Assembly: GCA_023129115.1 (NCBI GenBank)
Contig: JAGMCR010000008.1
Coordinates: 1 to 62,285, forward strand
DNA: 62,285 nucleotides
DNA from: Candidatus Iainarchaeum sp.
GTDB lineage: Archaea; B1Sed10-29; WALL01
Direction of reading: 5' to 3'
Part shown: piece by piece, positions 7,362 through 17,082 of the stretch
How the letters are laid out: every line of letters begins with the position of its first letter
How positions within the stretch are numbered: position 1 is the stretch's first letter
Made by a program: the position numbers and the translations under genes
The notes under the pieces: model-generated
What the model was told of the DNA's origin: nothing
Seen by the model: only the letters and a program-made list of their open reading frames with translations
Databases searched by the model: none

Positions 7362-9509
7362 TTAAATTCGTTTGCTTTTCTTGCGCTTGATTTTGTACAT
7401 CTCTGCCTCGACCTCTGCGTGGTTCACGAGCTTCTTGAGGGGTTCCATGCTTGCGTGCCTCCTCAGCACCAGTGCCAAGCGGTCTGCTCTTGCTCCGCCT
7501 TTCTTGAATGCCTTCAGCACCTGCTTGATGGTCATCTCTCCGTGGCTGGGAATGGAATACACCCGCTCCTCTTTCTCTTCCCGAATCTCTTCCTTGAGCG
7601 CTTTCCCTCCTCCCCTCATTCGCTTCTCGCGCTGCTTTTTCGTCTTGCGTTTTCCCCTTTCCTGCCGCTCACGCTCGGCCGCTCTTTTTTCCAGCTCTTT
7701 GGCACTGACTTTTTCGCCGCGTTCGTACGCTTTTTCAATCCACTGCATGCCCTCTTCTTTTCTTCTCGCGCGCTCACTCTCCCGCTTGGTCTTCTGTTTG
7801 TACTTCCTCGCCTTTTCCCTCTCTTCCTTCTTTTCCTTTCTCAAGGCCTTCAATTCCCTGTTCATTACTTCCGCCGAGTCAAACCGAACGTCCGGGAACT
7901 TCTTGACCCAAAAGCTGTGGAACTCTTTCCGCTCCCTATCGCTGAGGACCAGCGCAAAGTTTTCCCGCACCTGCTCCCGCTGCGCGTCAGTCAAAACGTG
8001 TGAAAAGTAAGAGTGTCCCGTAGTACTCCAAAGCGCCTTGAATAACTTGAGCGCGGGCACCCCACTGATGGAGCCGTCAAACGACCCACGCGGCTTTATG
8101 GAGCTGTGGCGCACTACCTTTTCCTTCATCCAGTCCTGCACCTCGTCCGCGAACTCTTCGTAGGCCTGCTTGCCCCTCCTCGCGCGGCCCACAGTGTCGT
8201 GGTGCAGCATAAGCCTCGCGGCAATCACGTGGTCCCTTTCAGAAAGGTCCAAGTGCTCGTAGTCTGGGTGGTTCCGCATCTCAGTATGCATTTTCTGCAC
8301 CAAGTCAAAAGTTTCCCGCACAGTCCTCTTCCCAACCCTCTCAACGCTTTCGGGCCGGTAGCCCGTGTAATCAGCAAAGGGATGGTCGCAGCACCGCGCG
8401 TTCAGGATGTAATTCTTGCCCAGCCCAAGCCTCTCCGACAAAAACGCGTCCATCTCTCTTGGCCTCATACCCAATGAAGTGGGGTGCTTCAGCAAAGTGT
8501 CGTAAGCATGCATTATTACTAAAAACGTCTTTAGTCTTTGCTCTTCCCTCACAAACCTCTGGTCAACAAACTTGCTGAACTTTTCGTAGGGCCCGTACCC
8601 TCTTCGTGCCTGGCCAACAATCTCAGGGTGCAACCCCAACCGCTCTGCCACAACTTTGTCCTTGTGCTTCGTGTCAAGTAGCCGCAACAGCGGGCGCTCA
8701 TCAATCATGCGCAGCTCCTCCCGTACACGATAAAAAGTCTCTCTGATGGTCTCTTTGAGAGTCGCTTTGGGGTCGTCAGAGCGTATCTTTCGCTTTGGCA
8801 CGAGCCGCGGGTCAAGCAAATGCCTGAAGTCCGCATAGCTCCCGTGCCCAATCCGCGCCTGGTAAACCGTGCTTGTGCTCATCCCCAAGTTCTTCGCCAC
8901 AATCGCGTCCCGCTCAAAAACATTCAGCTTCGCCGTCTTCGCATCTTTCAGCAGCTTCAAGTGCTCTTTCTTTACTTGCCTCACCCGTTTGGCCGCGGGC
9001 ATTGGTGGCGGAGTCCCACGCAGCTCCTTTGGCACTCGCCTGGCAAAATCCGCATACTCCTTCAGGCCAAGCCGCACCCGCAAAACAAGAACTTTTGAAA
9101 TTGGGTTCAGCGGCGTGCTCATCTTCTCAGCGACAATTTCGTCCTTTTCGTCCCAGCTCTTGTCCTTGTGCTCCGGGTCGTCCAACAGCCCAAGATGCTC
9201 TCCCTGCACGGCCAGGAAAAACTCTTCTTTCTTGGCAGTGCCCCTGCCCTGCCTCTTCCTGTCAATCAACCGCGGGTCTACCTGGTCCGCGAACTCCGCG
9301 TGCTTGCCAAAGCCAAAGCGCGCTGCAGAAACACCCCCAACATTAAGCCCCAGCCTCTCCGCCACAATCTTGTTCCTCTCCCCGCTGGACAGCTTCGCAG
9401 TCTCCGGGTCCTCAATAAGCTTGATGTGCTCCCGCTGCACAGCCCGGAAAGTCCGCTTCTTGTTCCATCCCGGCTTCCACTTGTGTACCCGCCCCTTCTT
9501 GCCTGCCAC
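7362..9509 (-). CDS. Hypothetical basic protein with six tandem ~70-aa HTH-like repeats
   Basis: Repeated pattern (T)F..V..EH..L...P.......(R)D..VAERLGL....V..AR.G...YA.F; charged coiled-coil tail. Confidence 0.8.
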   Translation of the reverse strand: MAGKKGRVHKWKPGWNKKRTFRAVQREHIKLIEDPETAKLSSGERNKIVAERLGLNVGGVSAARFGFGKHAEFADQVDPRLIDRKRQGRGTAKKEEFFLAVQGEHLGLLDDPEHKDKSWDEKDEIVAEKMSTPLNPISKVLVLRVRLGLKEYADFARRVPKELRGTPPPMPAAKRVRQVKKEHLKLLKDAKTAKLNVFERDAIVAKNLGMSTSTVYQARIGHGSYADFRHLLDPRLVPKRKIRSDDPKATLKETIRETFYRVREELRMIDERPLLRLLDTKHKDKVVAERLGLHPEIVGQARRGYGPYEKFSKFVDQRFVREEQRLKTFLVIMHAYDTLLKHPTSLGMRPREMDAFLSERLGLGKNYILNARCCDHPFADYTGYRPESVERVGKRTVRETFDLVQKMHTEMRNHPDYEHLDLSERDHVIAARLMLHHDTVGRARRGKQAYEEFADEVQDWMKEKVVRHSSIKPRGSFDGSISGVPALKLFKALWSTTGHSYFSHVLTDAQREQVRENFALVLSDRERKEFHSFWVKKFPDVRFDSAEVMNRELKALRKEKKEEREKARKYKQKTKRESERARRKEEGMQWIEKAYERGEKVSAKELEKRAAERERQERGKRKTKKQREKRMRGGGKALKEEIREEKEERVYSIPSHGEMTIKQVLKAFKKGGARADRLALVLRRHASMEPLKKLVNHAEVEAEMYKIKRKKSKRI

Positions 9510-9625
9510 AACTAAATTACTTGAAGCGACTTTTTATATCTTCCGGGCAAATTAGTATATCTTAATCCTCACACTTAACCAGCTCTGCTCATGTTTTTAT
9601 ACTCCCAACCGCTAATTAGCCCTCA

Positions 9626-10213
9626 ATGGAGTTCGTGTTGGCGTACTTGTTCTTCGGCCCGCTCGTGGCAATTCCCCTGGGCATCACGACGATGTCGTGG
9701 GGCAGCATGCTCCTCCAGGGGATGGTGGCGCAGCTCGCCGAGCTCACGTTCATTCACTACTTGCTGGAGGGCCTTGACTACCCAATCATGCACCGCCGCG
9801 CCCTCCTGGAAAAGTTCGCGAACGCCGCGAACAAAAAGGTCAAGGACATCCGCCACAACACCGAGGCACTGGAGGCCTACTTCTACGACGAGTTCGGCCA
9901 CTTTGGCTACTACCTGTCCCTAATCTTTTTCTCGTTCACGCTTGGCGTCACGTGGTCCGCGATAATCGCGTTCGCGCTGCGGCTCCGCACCGCAGCGTCC
10001 GCCGTCTTCATCATCATCGGCTCCGTGCTCGGCTTCGCTTTTTGGTACTGGGCGTTCGAGCAGTCACTCACCTACGTCGCGGCCGACGCCTTGTCAGTGC
10101 TCGCTTTCGTGCTTTCGGTGATGCTCTTGTTCTACGGCGAAATCCGCGAAAAGCACATACTCCGCCTCGCCGTGAAGGCAATCGGCAAAAGAAAGAAGAA
10201 AAAGAAGCGCTAA
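9626..10213 (+). CDS. Multi-pass membrane protein (COG2426-like)
   Basis: About 5 hydrophobic helices; GP..AIPLG and GVTWSAIIAFAL patterns. Confidence 0.7.
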   Translation: MEFVLAYLFFGPLVAIPLGITTMSWGSMLLQGMVAQLAELTFIHYLLEGLDYPIMHRRALLEKFANAANKKVKDIRHNTEALEAYFYDEFGHFGYYLSLIFFSFTLGVTWSAIIAFALRLRTAASAVFIIIGSVLGFAFWYWAFEQSLTYVAADALSVLAFVLSVMLLFYGEIREKHILRLAVKAIGKRKKKKKR

Positions 10214-12858
10214 ATCTTGAACCCGAACAAGTTCAGCTTTTTTCCCTCTTTTTTCTCTCCCTCAAGAGTCCCGGACTGGTAAGACGACTCTTCTTGTTTC
10301 GGCTTTTCTCCTTCCCCCGGAGAACTGGATGCCTCAATCCCAGCAGAACTGGAGGCCTCGGTCCCAGCAGAACTGGAGGCCTTGGTCCCAGCAGAACTGG
10401 GGGGGGCGTCAACTGACGCCCCCCCGGTTGGAACGCCGGCTTCTGCCTCGGCTGGAGTAGTTGGTTCTGACGCCCCCCCGGTTGGAACGCCGGCTTCTGC
10501 CTCGGTTGGAGCCGGTGGTTGTGTGGGCTCTGGAGCTACGGGTTGCGCTGGTTCTGGAGGCGCGGGTTGCGCTGGCTCTGGAGCGGATGGTTGTGCCTGC
10601 CGCTCTTTCTTCTTTTCCGCCTCTGCCACGACCTTCCGCACTTTCACCACTGCGTCGGGGTTGACGCTCATGCTGTCAATCCCCTCCTTCACGAGGAACT
10701 CTGCGAAGTCCGGGTAGTTGCTCGGCGCCTGGCCGCACAGCGACACAGTCTTGCCCTTCTTGTGCGCCCCCCTGATAATCATGCGAATCGCTTTCTTGAC
10801 CGCCTCGTTCCTCTCGTCGAACAATCCCATCTTGCCCAGTATCTCGGAGTCGCGGTCCACCCCCAGCACCAATTGCGTCAAGTCGTTGCTCCCAATCGAG
10901 AACCCGTCCACGTACTCAGCGAACTCTTCGGCCAGCAATGCGTTGCTCGGGATTTCGGCCATCATCCACAGCTTGAAGTCATGGCCGCGCTCGAGCCCCT
11001 CCGCCTTCATTATTTCTTCCACTTCCTTGACCTCGTCCACGGTCCGGACGAACGGGAGCATTATCCAGATGTTCTTGTGCGTCTCGCGGGCCTTCTTGAT
11101 TGCCTTCAGCTCGAGCACGAACGCGTCCCTATAGTTTTCGTGGTAGTACCTCGACGCGCCGCGCCACCCAATCATGGGGTTGTCCTCCTCTGGCTCGAAC
11201 TCCTCGCCGCCCTCGAGGTCGCGGTACTCGTTGCTCTTGAAGTCACTCGTCCGCAGCACGACCGGCTTCGGCGAAAACGCCGCCGCCACAGCCGAAATCC
11301 CTTCCACCAGCTTGTCGATGAACACCTGCTCCCTGCCCTCGCGGATTAGCTTCAGCGGGTGCTCCTTGACGTAAGTCGCGATGATGAACTCTTCTCGCAT
11401 CAGCCCGATGCCGTCCACTGGATAGTCCTTGTACTTCTCCGCCATCTCGGGCACGCCGAGGTTCATGTAAATGTGCGTCTTTGTCTTCGGCGCGCTCGCC
11501 AGTTCCTCGGCAGTCAGCTTTGCCTCGGCCTCGATGCCGATAATGCCCTTGTACACCACGTTGTTGGACGCGTCAACAGTGATCTTGTCGCCGTCGCGCA
11601 CCAAGTCCGTGATGTTTTCCGTGCCGACGATGCACGGGATGCCCAGTTCCCTGCTGACAATCGCGGCGTGGCACGTAATGCCGCCCTCGTTCGTGACAAT
11701 CGCCGCCGCACGCCGCATCGCGGGGACCATGTCGGGGCTCGTCATCGCGGTGACGAGGATGTCGCCCTTCTGGACCTTGGGCAGGTCTTCCATTGAATGG
11801 ACGACTTTCACAATGCCACTCCCCACGCCGGGCGACGCGCCGAGCCCGCGGATGAGCTCTTCGCCCGTTGGCTTCACGCCCTCTTCCTTCTTCATCTGCA
11901 GAGTAGTAACCGCCCGGGACTGGAGGATGTAGAGCTCCCCGTCCTGCAGGCCCCACTCAATGTCCTGCGGCGACTGGTAATGTGCCTCGATTTTCTTGCC
12001 TATTTCCATAAGCTCCAGGATTTTTTCGTCTGGGAGCTTCTGCAGCCCCTGCTTGATTGGCGGCACCTGCGCCACCACTGTCCCGAGGCCGCGCTCGTTG
12101 CGGACAATCATTTCTTTTTGCGTGCCGAGCTTCTTGGACTTAATGCTGCCGCTCTTCTTGTCCACCAAATAAGTGTCGGGCGTGACCTTGCCGCCCACCA
12201 CTGCCTCTCCCAAACCGTACGCGCTTTCAATCACGAGCTCGTCGGGCCGCATGCCCGTCGGCTCTGAAGTGAACATGACCCCCGCGACTTCGCTCTTGAC
12301 CATTTCCTGCACAACGACCGCGATGCCTACCTTCTCGTGCGAAAATCCTTGCTGCACCCGGTAGAAAATCGCGCGCGGCGTGTACAATGACGCCCAGCAC
12401 TTCCGCACCGCCTTTATCAACTCGTTTTCGCCCTGGACGTCCAGGTAGGTCTCCTGCTGGCCGGCGAAGCTCGCCTCCGGCAGGTCCTCCGCAGTCGCGC
12501 TGCTCCTTGCCGCGATGTAGACCTGCTCGCCCCGCTGCTTGCACAGCTTGTTGTACTCTTCTTTGATGTCGTCCACGATGTCCCTGAGCATGGGCGCGCC
12601 GAGAATGGTCTCCTGGATTTTCCGCGCCGTGGCCTGGAGCTCGGCTGTGTCATTAACATCAACAGAGTTGGCCAGCTCGATAATCCGCTTCTGGATGCCC
12701 GTCCTCTTCACGTAGCTGAAGTACGTTTGGGCCGTGACGATGAAGCCGCCGGGAATCGGGAACTTGGCGTTCGCCATCTCGCCCAAATTCGCCCCCTTCC
12801 CACCCACAGTGGGGATATCGTCCTTGCCGATGTCCTTGAACCAGACTATGCTAGCCAT
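10210..12858 (-). CDS. ppsA: Phosphoenolpyruvate synthase
   Basis: VGGKGANLGE, RSSATAEDLPEASFAGQQET, GGITCHAAI phospho-His, FSIGSNDLTQ; extra ~125-aa low-complexity tail. Confidence 0.97.
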   Translation of the reverse strand: MASIVWFKDIGKDDIPTVGGKGANLGEMANAKFPIPGGFIVTAQTYFSYVKRTGIQKRIIELANSVDVNDTAELQATARKIQETILGAPMLRDIVDDIKEEYNKLCKQRGEQVYIAARSSATAEDLPEASFAGQQETYLDVQGENELIKAVRKCWASLYTPRAIFYRVQQGFSHEKVGIAVVVQEMVKSEVAGVMFTSEPTGMRPDELVIESAYGLGEAVVGGKVTPDTYLVDKKSGSIKSKKLGTQKEMIVRNERGLGTVVAQVPPIKQGLQKLPDEKILELMEIGKKIEAHYQSPQDIEWGLQDGELYILQSRAVTTLQMKKEEGVKPTGEELIRGLGASPGVGSGIVKVVHSMEDLPKVQKGDILVTAMTSPDMVPAMRRAAAIVTNEGGITCHAAIVSRELGIPCIVGTENITDLVRDGDKITVDASNNVVYKGIIGIEAEAKLTAEELASAPKTKTHIYMNLGVPEMAEKYKDYPVDGIGLMREEFIIATYVKEHPLKLIREGREQVFIDKLVEGISAVAAAFSPKPVVLRTSDFKSNEYRDLEGGEEFEPEEDNPMIGWRGASRYYHENYRDAFVLELKAIKKARETHKNIWIMLPFVRTVDEVKEVEEIMKAEGLERGHDFKLWMMAEIPSNALLAEEFAEYVDGFSIGSNDLTQLVLGVDRDSEILGKMGLFDERNEAVKKAIRMIIRGAHKKGKTVSLCGQAPSNYPDFAEFLVKEGIDSMSVNPDAVVKVRKVVAEAEKKKERQAQPSAPEPAQPAPPEPAQPVAPEPTQPPAPTEAEAGVPTGGASEPTTPAEAEAGVPTGGASVDAPPSSAGTKASSSAGTEASSSAGIEASSSPGEGEKPKQEESSYQSGTLEGEKKEGKKLNLFGFKI
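10321..10600 (-). repeat. In-frame tandem repeats in the ppsA 3' tail
   Basis: 24-bp unit (SSAGT[E/K]AS) about 3.5x at 10321-10400; 39-bp duplicate at 10413-10451 and 10467-10505; PEPAQPA-type units about 3x. Confidence 0.9.
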
Positions 12859-12891
12859 AAGCCAAGGCAACGAGCGTGGGGAATAAAAAGG

Positions 12892-13755
12892 TTAGTCCTT
12901 CTTCCGCTTCTTAACGAGGTCCACGAGGCCCTCGGCGCTTTCGGCGTCAGTAATCTCTTTTTCGCGCACCACCGGCACCCCCCTGACTTCCTTGCGCCGG
13001 CTCTCCATCACAATCACGGGGTGGCTTCCGAAGAAGTCCGCGGCCTTTGTCACGAACTTGGCCTTGCGCTTGGCATAGGCCTCGCTGCGCTCCTTGTCAA
13101 CGAGCAGGGACTCCTTTTCCCTGGCGAGCGCGTCGAACCCGCGGTGCACGGGCACCACGTCGAACCCGAGGCCGTGCATCTTCTGCAAATAGCCGGTGAG
13201 CACGGGGCTCTCCCTCGCCGGCACGGAAAACGGGTTGATGTCCTTAATCAGTGGCTCGTCAAGCACTTCTTCCAGGCGCTTGGCCTTCTCGAACTCGATG
13301 CGCGTGCCGTGGCGGTACGCATAAATCGCCTCGCGCGTCACGTGCAGCTCCCTCGCGAGCTCGGTCGGGCTCGTCCCCTCAAGTTTCTTTACGTCGATTT
13401 CGGCGACCACGCGGCCCTTGTAAAACCTTTTCCTCGGCAGCATCCCGCCGAGCAACGCGCTGAAGGTCTCGAGGGAGACGACGTTCACGCCGTACCTGTC
13501 GTAGACCATTCCCACTTTCAGCTCATAGGCCTTTGACTTTTCGCCAATCACCATCGGCGTCGCGCCCAGCGAGGCCGCTAGCGCCTTGAGGTCCCTTGCC
13601 TGGCTGTCCCGAAAAGAGTCAATGTTCGTAAAGGCCTTGAGGAGCAGGAGCCGCTCGCCAGAGCGGGCGGCGATGTCAAAGCAGCTCTTTTTCTCGAGTG
13701 GCACGAAGCACTGGTAGCCCGTGCCCTCCAGCTCGCGAATCAGCTGCTCAATCAT
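12892..13755 (-). CDS. Archaeal transcriptional regulator (COG1395: PD-(D/E)XK-like fold + HTH)
   Basis: SCFDIAAR..LLLKAFTNIDS, ELARELHVTREAIYAY HTH, FDALAREK. Confidence 0.85.
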   Translation of the reverse strand: MIEQLIRELEGTGYQCFVPLEKKSCFDIAARSGERLLLLKAFTNIDSFRDSQARDLKALAASLGATPMVIGEKSKAYELKVGMVYDRYGVNVVSLETFSALLGGMLPRKRFYKGRVVAEIDVKKLEGTSPTELARELHVTREAIYAYRHGTRIEFEKAKRLEEVLDEPLIKDINPFSVPARESPVLTGYLQKMHGLGFDVVPVHRGFDALAREKESLLVDKERSEAYAKRKAKFVTKAADFFGSHPVIVMESRRKEVRGVPVVREKEITDAESAEGLVDLVKKRKKD

Positions 13756-13757
13756 TG

Positions 13758-13901
13758 TTAGCGCCTGGGTTCCTTTGCCTTCCGCCTCAGCTTCTTGCTG
13801 TGGCATTTCCTACACTTCAGTGCCTTGGGCGCGTTCAGGGCGCCGCACTTGAGGCAGACCTTCTTGTTGAGCCGCGCCTTGGCAGCCAGTTCTTTTGACA
13901 T
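13758..13901 (-). CDS. rpl40e: 50S ribosomal protein L40e (47 aa, absent from ORF track)
   Basis: Manual translation [47 protein letters not shown]; GGTGG SD. Confidence 0.93.
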   Translation of the reverse strand: MSKELAAKARLNKKVCLKCGALNAPKALKCRKCHSKKLRRKAKEPRR

Positions 13902-14035
13902 AATCCCACCCAACCCTTTAAATAAGGAGTATTGCCAAGTTATACGCCCCTTTGTTTTTAAACCTTAATACTTTTTAAGGGATTAAAGGCAAAAACAGCG
14001 GGCACGCTCCGCTAGGAGCCGAATTCGCACCGGCC

Positions 14036-14110
14036 GCTCCCGTAGTCTAGTCCGGTCAAGGATCCCGGCCTTTCAAGCCGGTGGCGTGGGTTCGAATCCC
14101 GCCGGGAGCA
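14036..14110 (+). tRNA. tRNA-Glu(TTC)
   Basis: GCTCCCG/CGGGAGC acceptor stem, CCGGC-CT TTC AA-GCCGG anticodon arm, GTTCGAATC T-loop. Confidence 0.96.
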
Positions 14111-14259
14111 TTCCCAGGGAATGGGGACACCCCCTTCCCCTAGGGATCCCTAACCCCCGCAAGCTCGCTCCGCTCGCGGTTCGTCCGCTGGCGGCAAAGC
14201 CGGCACGGACAACGTGCCAGCTGAGTTTGCAGCTGTTAGGATCCCGCCGGGAGCATTCC
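14096..14259 (+). repeat. 19-bp direct repeat of the tRNA-Glu 3' end bracketing a palindrome-rich mini-element
   Basis: ATCCCGCCGGGAGCATTCC at 14096-14114 and 14241-14259. Confidence 0.85.
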
Positions 14260-14344
14260 GCCTGAAACTCAGGCGGCACGTTAGACGGGGGCTGCACGGG
14301 GCAGCCCGGGCGGCATGCGCCGCACACAAAGAAAAGGTGAAAAA

Positions 14345-14449
14345 GTGATACTGTTCTTCAGTGGTGGAGACAAAGAAAAGAAGAAGAGGCGCTCGCGCCG
14401 CAAGTGGCGAATCAAGAAAAGGCGCAAGAAGACCCGCGGCAAGGACTGA
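14345..14449 (+). CDS. 34-aa highly basic peptide, L41e/eS32-like
   Basis: GTG start with AGGTGA SD; MILFFSGGDKEKKKRRSRRKWRIKKRRKKTRGKD. Confidence 0.55.
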   Translation: MILFFSGGDKEKKKRRSRRKWRIKKRRKKTRGKD

Positions 14450-14495
14450 GCGCCTTTAGCCGGGGCACTGGCCGCCCGCCAGTGCCGGTTTGCGC

Positions 14496-14579
14496 GCGGG
14501 GGTACCAAAGTGGACAAATGGGATGCGTTTAGGGCGCATTGGCTTAGTGCCTTCGAGAGTTCGAATCTCTTCCCCCGCA
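14496..14579 (+). tRNA. tRNA-Leu(TAG)
   Basis: GCGGGGG/CCCCCGC acceptor stem, ATGCG-TT TAG GG-CGCAT anticodon arm, long variable arm, GTTCGAATC. Confidence 0.93.
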
Positions 14580-14591
14580 TTTGGTGTTTAG

Positions 14592-15170
14592 ATGGCCGAA
14601 CTAAAAGTATTGGTCGAGGGCTATGCCCGCGAAATAGATGGCGGCTGGATAGCGAATCCAACAGTGACGCTGGTAAAATCCAACGGCAAGAACATCGTTG
14701 TCGACCCGGGGTGCAACCGCGAAAAGTTGTTGGCTGCACTCAAAGGGGAGGGATTAACTACTGCGGACATAGACTACGTTATTCTCACACACAACCACAG
14801 TGACCACATCCTGCTCGCAGGGATTTTTGAGAACGCAAAAGTGATTACTACTGACGAGATTTATGACGGCGACCACCAAGTCTATCACCACAACAAAATG
14901 CCAGAAACCGAGCTTGAGTTGATTCCCACGCCGGGGCACTGTGAAGACCATGTTTCAGTCAAAGTCCCAACAGCCAAAGGCACTTATATCGTGGTCGGCG
15001 ACGTGTTCTGGTTCATAGACGGCGAAGAGCAAACCCTTGAAGTTGAGCGGGAAGACCCCGCCCCTGAACCGGGTGTGGACATGAAAGCGCTCATTGAGTC
15101 AAGGAGAAAAGTCCTCGGGCTCGCGGACTTCATTGTCCCGGGGCACGGAAAAATAGTGAAGGTGAAATGA
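14592..15170 (+). CDS. MBL-fold metallo-hydrolase
   Basis: THNHSDH, TPGH, GD, VPGHG. Confidence 0.92.
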   Translation: MAELKVLVEGYAREIDGGWIANPTVTLVKSNGKNIVVDPGCNREKLLAALKGEGLTTADIDYVILTHNHSDHILLAGIFENAKVITTDEIYDGDHQVYHHNKMPETELELIPTPGHCEDHVSVKVPTAKGTYIVVGDVFWFIDGEEQTLEVEREDPAPEPGVDMKALIESRRKVLGLADFIVPGHGKIVKVK

Positions 15171-15171
15171 A

Positions 15172-15360
15172 ATGGAATGCCGCAAGGAAGAAAACCTGAA
15201 GGACTGCAACTGCACTTACTCGTGCTCCAAGAAGGGCATTTGCTGCGAGTGCATCAAGTACCACCGCGAGCGCGGCGAATTGCCTGCGTGCTACTTTGAC
15301 AAGGCAGCCGAAAAGACGTATGACCGCAGCATCGAGCACTTTGTCGAGCTAAACTCTTAG
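15172..15360 (+). CDS. Small Cys-rich protein (DUF6485-like)
   Basis: [28 protein letters not shown]. Confidence 0.8.
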   Translation: MECRKEENLKDCNCTYSCSKKGICCECIKYHRERGELPACYFDKAAEKTYDRSIEHFVELNS

Positions 15361-16017
15361 CGCGCCAGGGTCGTCAGAAACAATTATGTCGACGCCAGCG
15401 CCCAGCATTTTCTTGTACGTCTCGCTGTCGTTCACTGTCCAGACCCCAACTTCGAGCCCTTCGCCGTGCACGGCTCCTACGGCTTCCGGCCCGGCTTCTC
15501 CTGTTGGGAGAATCAGTGCCCGCGCGCCAAGCGACTTCGCGGCCCCCACCGCCCCACTCGTGTAATCGCGCGAGATGAACGCAACAGCCAGTGATGAATC
15601 GATTTCCTTGACCCTTTCAAGTTCTTCTTTCTTGAAGGAAACGAAAATCACTTTTTCCAAACCGTTTTTCTTCACGAGCTCCACGGACTTCGCTGCCGTG
15701 TCGCTTCCCTTGAGCTCGACAATCAGCCCAACTTTTCCCTTGACAGTGTCAATGATTTCCTGGAGCGTTGGAATCTTCTCGCCCTTCCCCGCGTCCAATT
15801 CCTTCAGCTCGGCAAGGCTCTTCCCCTCTACTTCGCCCGTGCCGTTCGTCGTGCGCTCGAGCGTGGAGTCATGCATCGCGACCAATTCGCCGTCTTTTGT
15901 GAGCCGCACGTCGCACTCGACGTAGTCCACTCCAAGCCCTATCCCTTTTCGGAACGACAGCAAAGTGTTTTCCGGCTCGGCGTTGCGGGCGCCGCGGTGG
16001 CCCACAATCACGGTCAT
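15349..16017 (-). CDS. Glycerophosphodiester phosphodiesterase
   Basis: [26 protein letters not shown]. Confidence 0.95.
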   Translation of the reverse strand: MTVIVGHRGARNAEPENTLLSFRKGIGLGVDYVECDVRLTKDGELVAMHDSTLERTTNGTGEVEGKSLAELKELDAGKGEKIPTLQEIIDTVKGKVGLIVELKGSDTAAKSVELVKKNGLEKVIFVSFKKEELERVKEIDSSLAVAFISRDYTSGAVGAAKSLGARALILPTGEAGPEAVGAVHGEGLEVGVWTVNDSETYKKMLGAGVDIIVSDDPGALRV

Positions 16018-16415
16018 TTCTCCCACAAGTCCCCTATCTTGCCCTCTGCCAGCTTCTCGACCCCGAACTCCTTCTGCTTGTCCGGGACCATAATCAGGGC
16101 GGGCCACTCGATGCCGAGCTCCCACGCCGCGCGTATCCGCCTGTGCCCGTCGATGAGCAAATCGCGGTCCCGCTTCCGCAGCACTATCACGGGCGTGTTG
16201 TAGCCGTGGCCAATGGCGCGCTTTATCTCCTCGACCTTCTGCCCGTAAGTGACAACGTTCTCGAGGCTTGGGAGGGTGTAGTACAACTCCTTTATCTCGG
16301 CGGGGCTGAGCATTTCCTCTCGCTTGACGAACTTGACTTCCTCGTGCAGGGAGTGGTAGTACTCAAGGATTTTGTCGAACAAATCCCGTTCCTCGTGGGG
16401 CTGTATGAGTGTCAT
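16014..16415 (-). CDS. ParB/Srx-like N-terminal domain protein
   Basis: PVIV..LLIDGHRRIRAA. Confidence 0.8.
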   Translation of the reverse strand: MTLIQPHEERDLFDKILEYYHSLHEEVKFVKREEMLSPAEIKELYYTLPSLENVVTYGQKVEEIKRAIGHGYNTPVIVLRKRDRDLLIDGHRRIRAAWELGIEWPALIMVPDKQKEFGVEKLAEGKIGDLWEK

Positions 16416-16497
16416 TGGGCAAATAACTCGCAACCGCTTTATAAGCTTTGTTGCAAATCCGGCTTTTTTTTATACCCCCTCATTCACAACAGCTTCC

Positions 16498-17082
16498 ATG
16501 CGACCCATGTTCATAGTATTCGAGGGCCTGGACGGCTCAGGCCAGTCCACCCAGGCCACTATCCTCTCGGCACGCCTCAACGAGGGCACCAAGTCCGTGG
16601 TCACCAAAGAGCCCACGAACAACCTCATCGGCGGCCTCATCCGCGCCCAGCTCACCAAGGAATGGTCCACGACCCAGGAATGCCTCCAGCTATTGTTCGC
16701 CGCGGACCGCGCGCACCACCTAGAGCGCACTGTCGAGCCCGCGCTCGCCAAGGGCTTCAACGTCGTGAGCGACCGCTACATGTTCTCGTCCATTGCCTAC
16801 GGCTCGGTGAGCGCGGACAAGGAGTGGCTAAAGCAAATCAACTCCAAGTTCCGCCTGCCGGACCACACCTTCTTCCTCGACGTCCCGCCGAAGACCTGCA
16901 TCAAGCGCATGGAGTCGTCCCGGTTCGAGCTCGAATTGTTCGAGCAGAGCGACTACCTCGAAAAAGTGCGCGAGAACTACCTCCAGCTCTCGAAAGAGTA
17001 CGCCAACTTCCACGTTATTGACGGCGACCGCCACAAGGAAGAGGTCCACAACGACATCGTGAAGGTGCTCGGGAATGATTGA
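16498..17082 (+). CDS. tmk: Thymidylate kinase
   Basis: FEGLDGSGQST, LLFAADR, DRYMFSSIAY. Confidence 0.95.
   Translation: MRPMFIVFEGLDGSGQSTQATILSARLNEGTKSVVTKEPTNNLIGGLIRAQLTKEWSTTQECLQLLFAADRAHHLERTVEPALAKGFNVVSDRYMFSSIAYGSVSADKEWLKQINSKFRLPDHTFFLDVPPKTCIKRMESSRFELELFEQSDYLEKVRENYLQLSKEYANFHVIDGDRHKEEVHNDIVKVLGND

Noticed and set aside
10321-10600. CRISPR array
   Set aside because: Repeats are in frame and mostly abutting, without unique spacers; no cas genes in the window.
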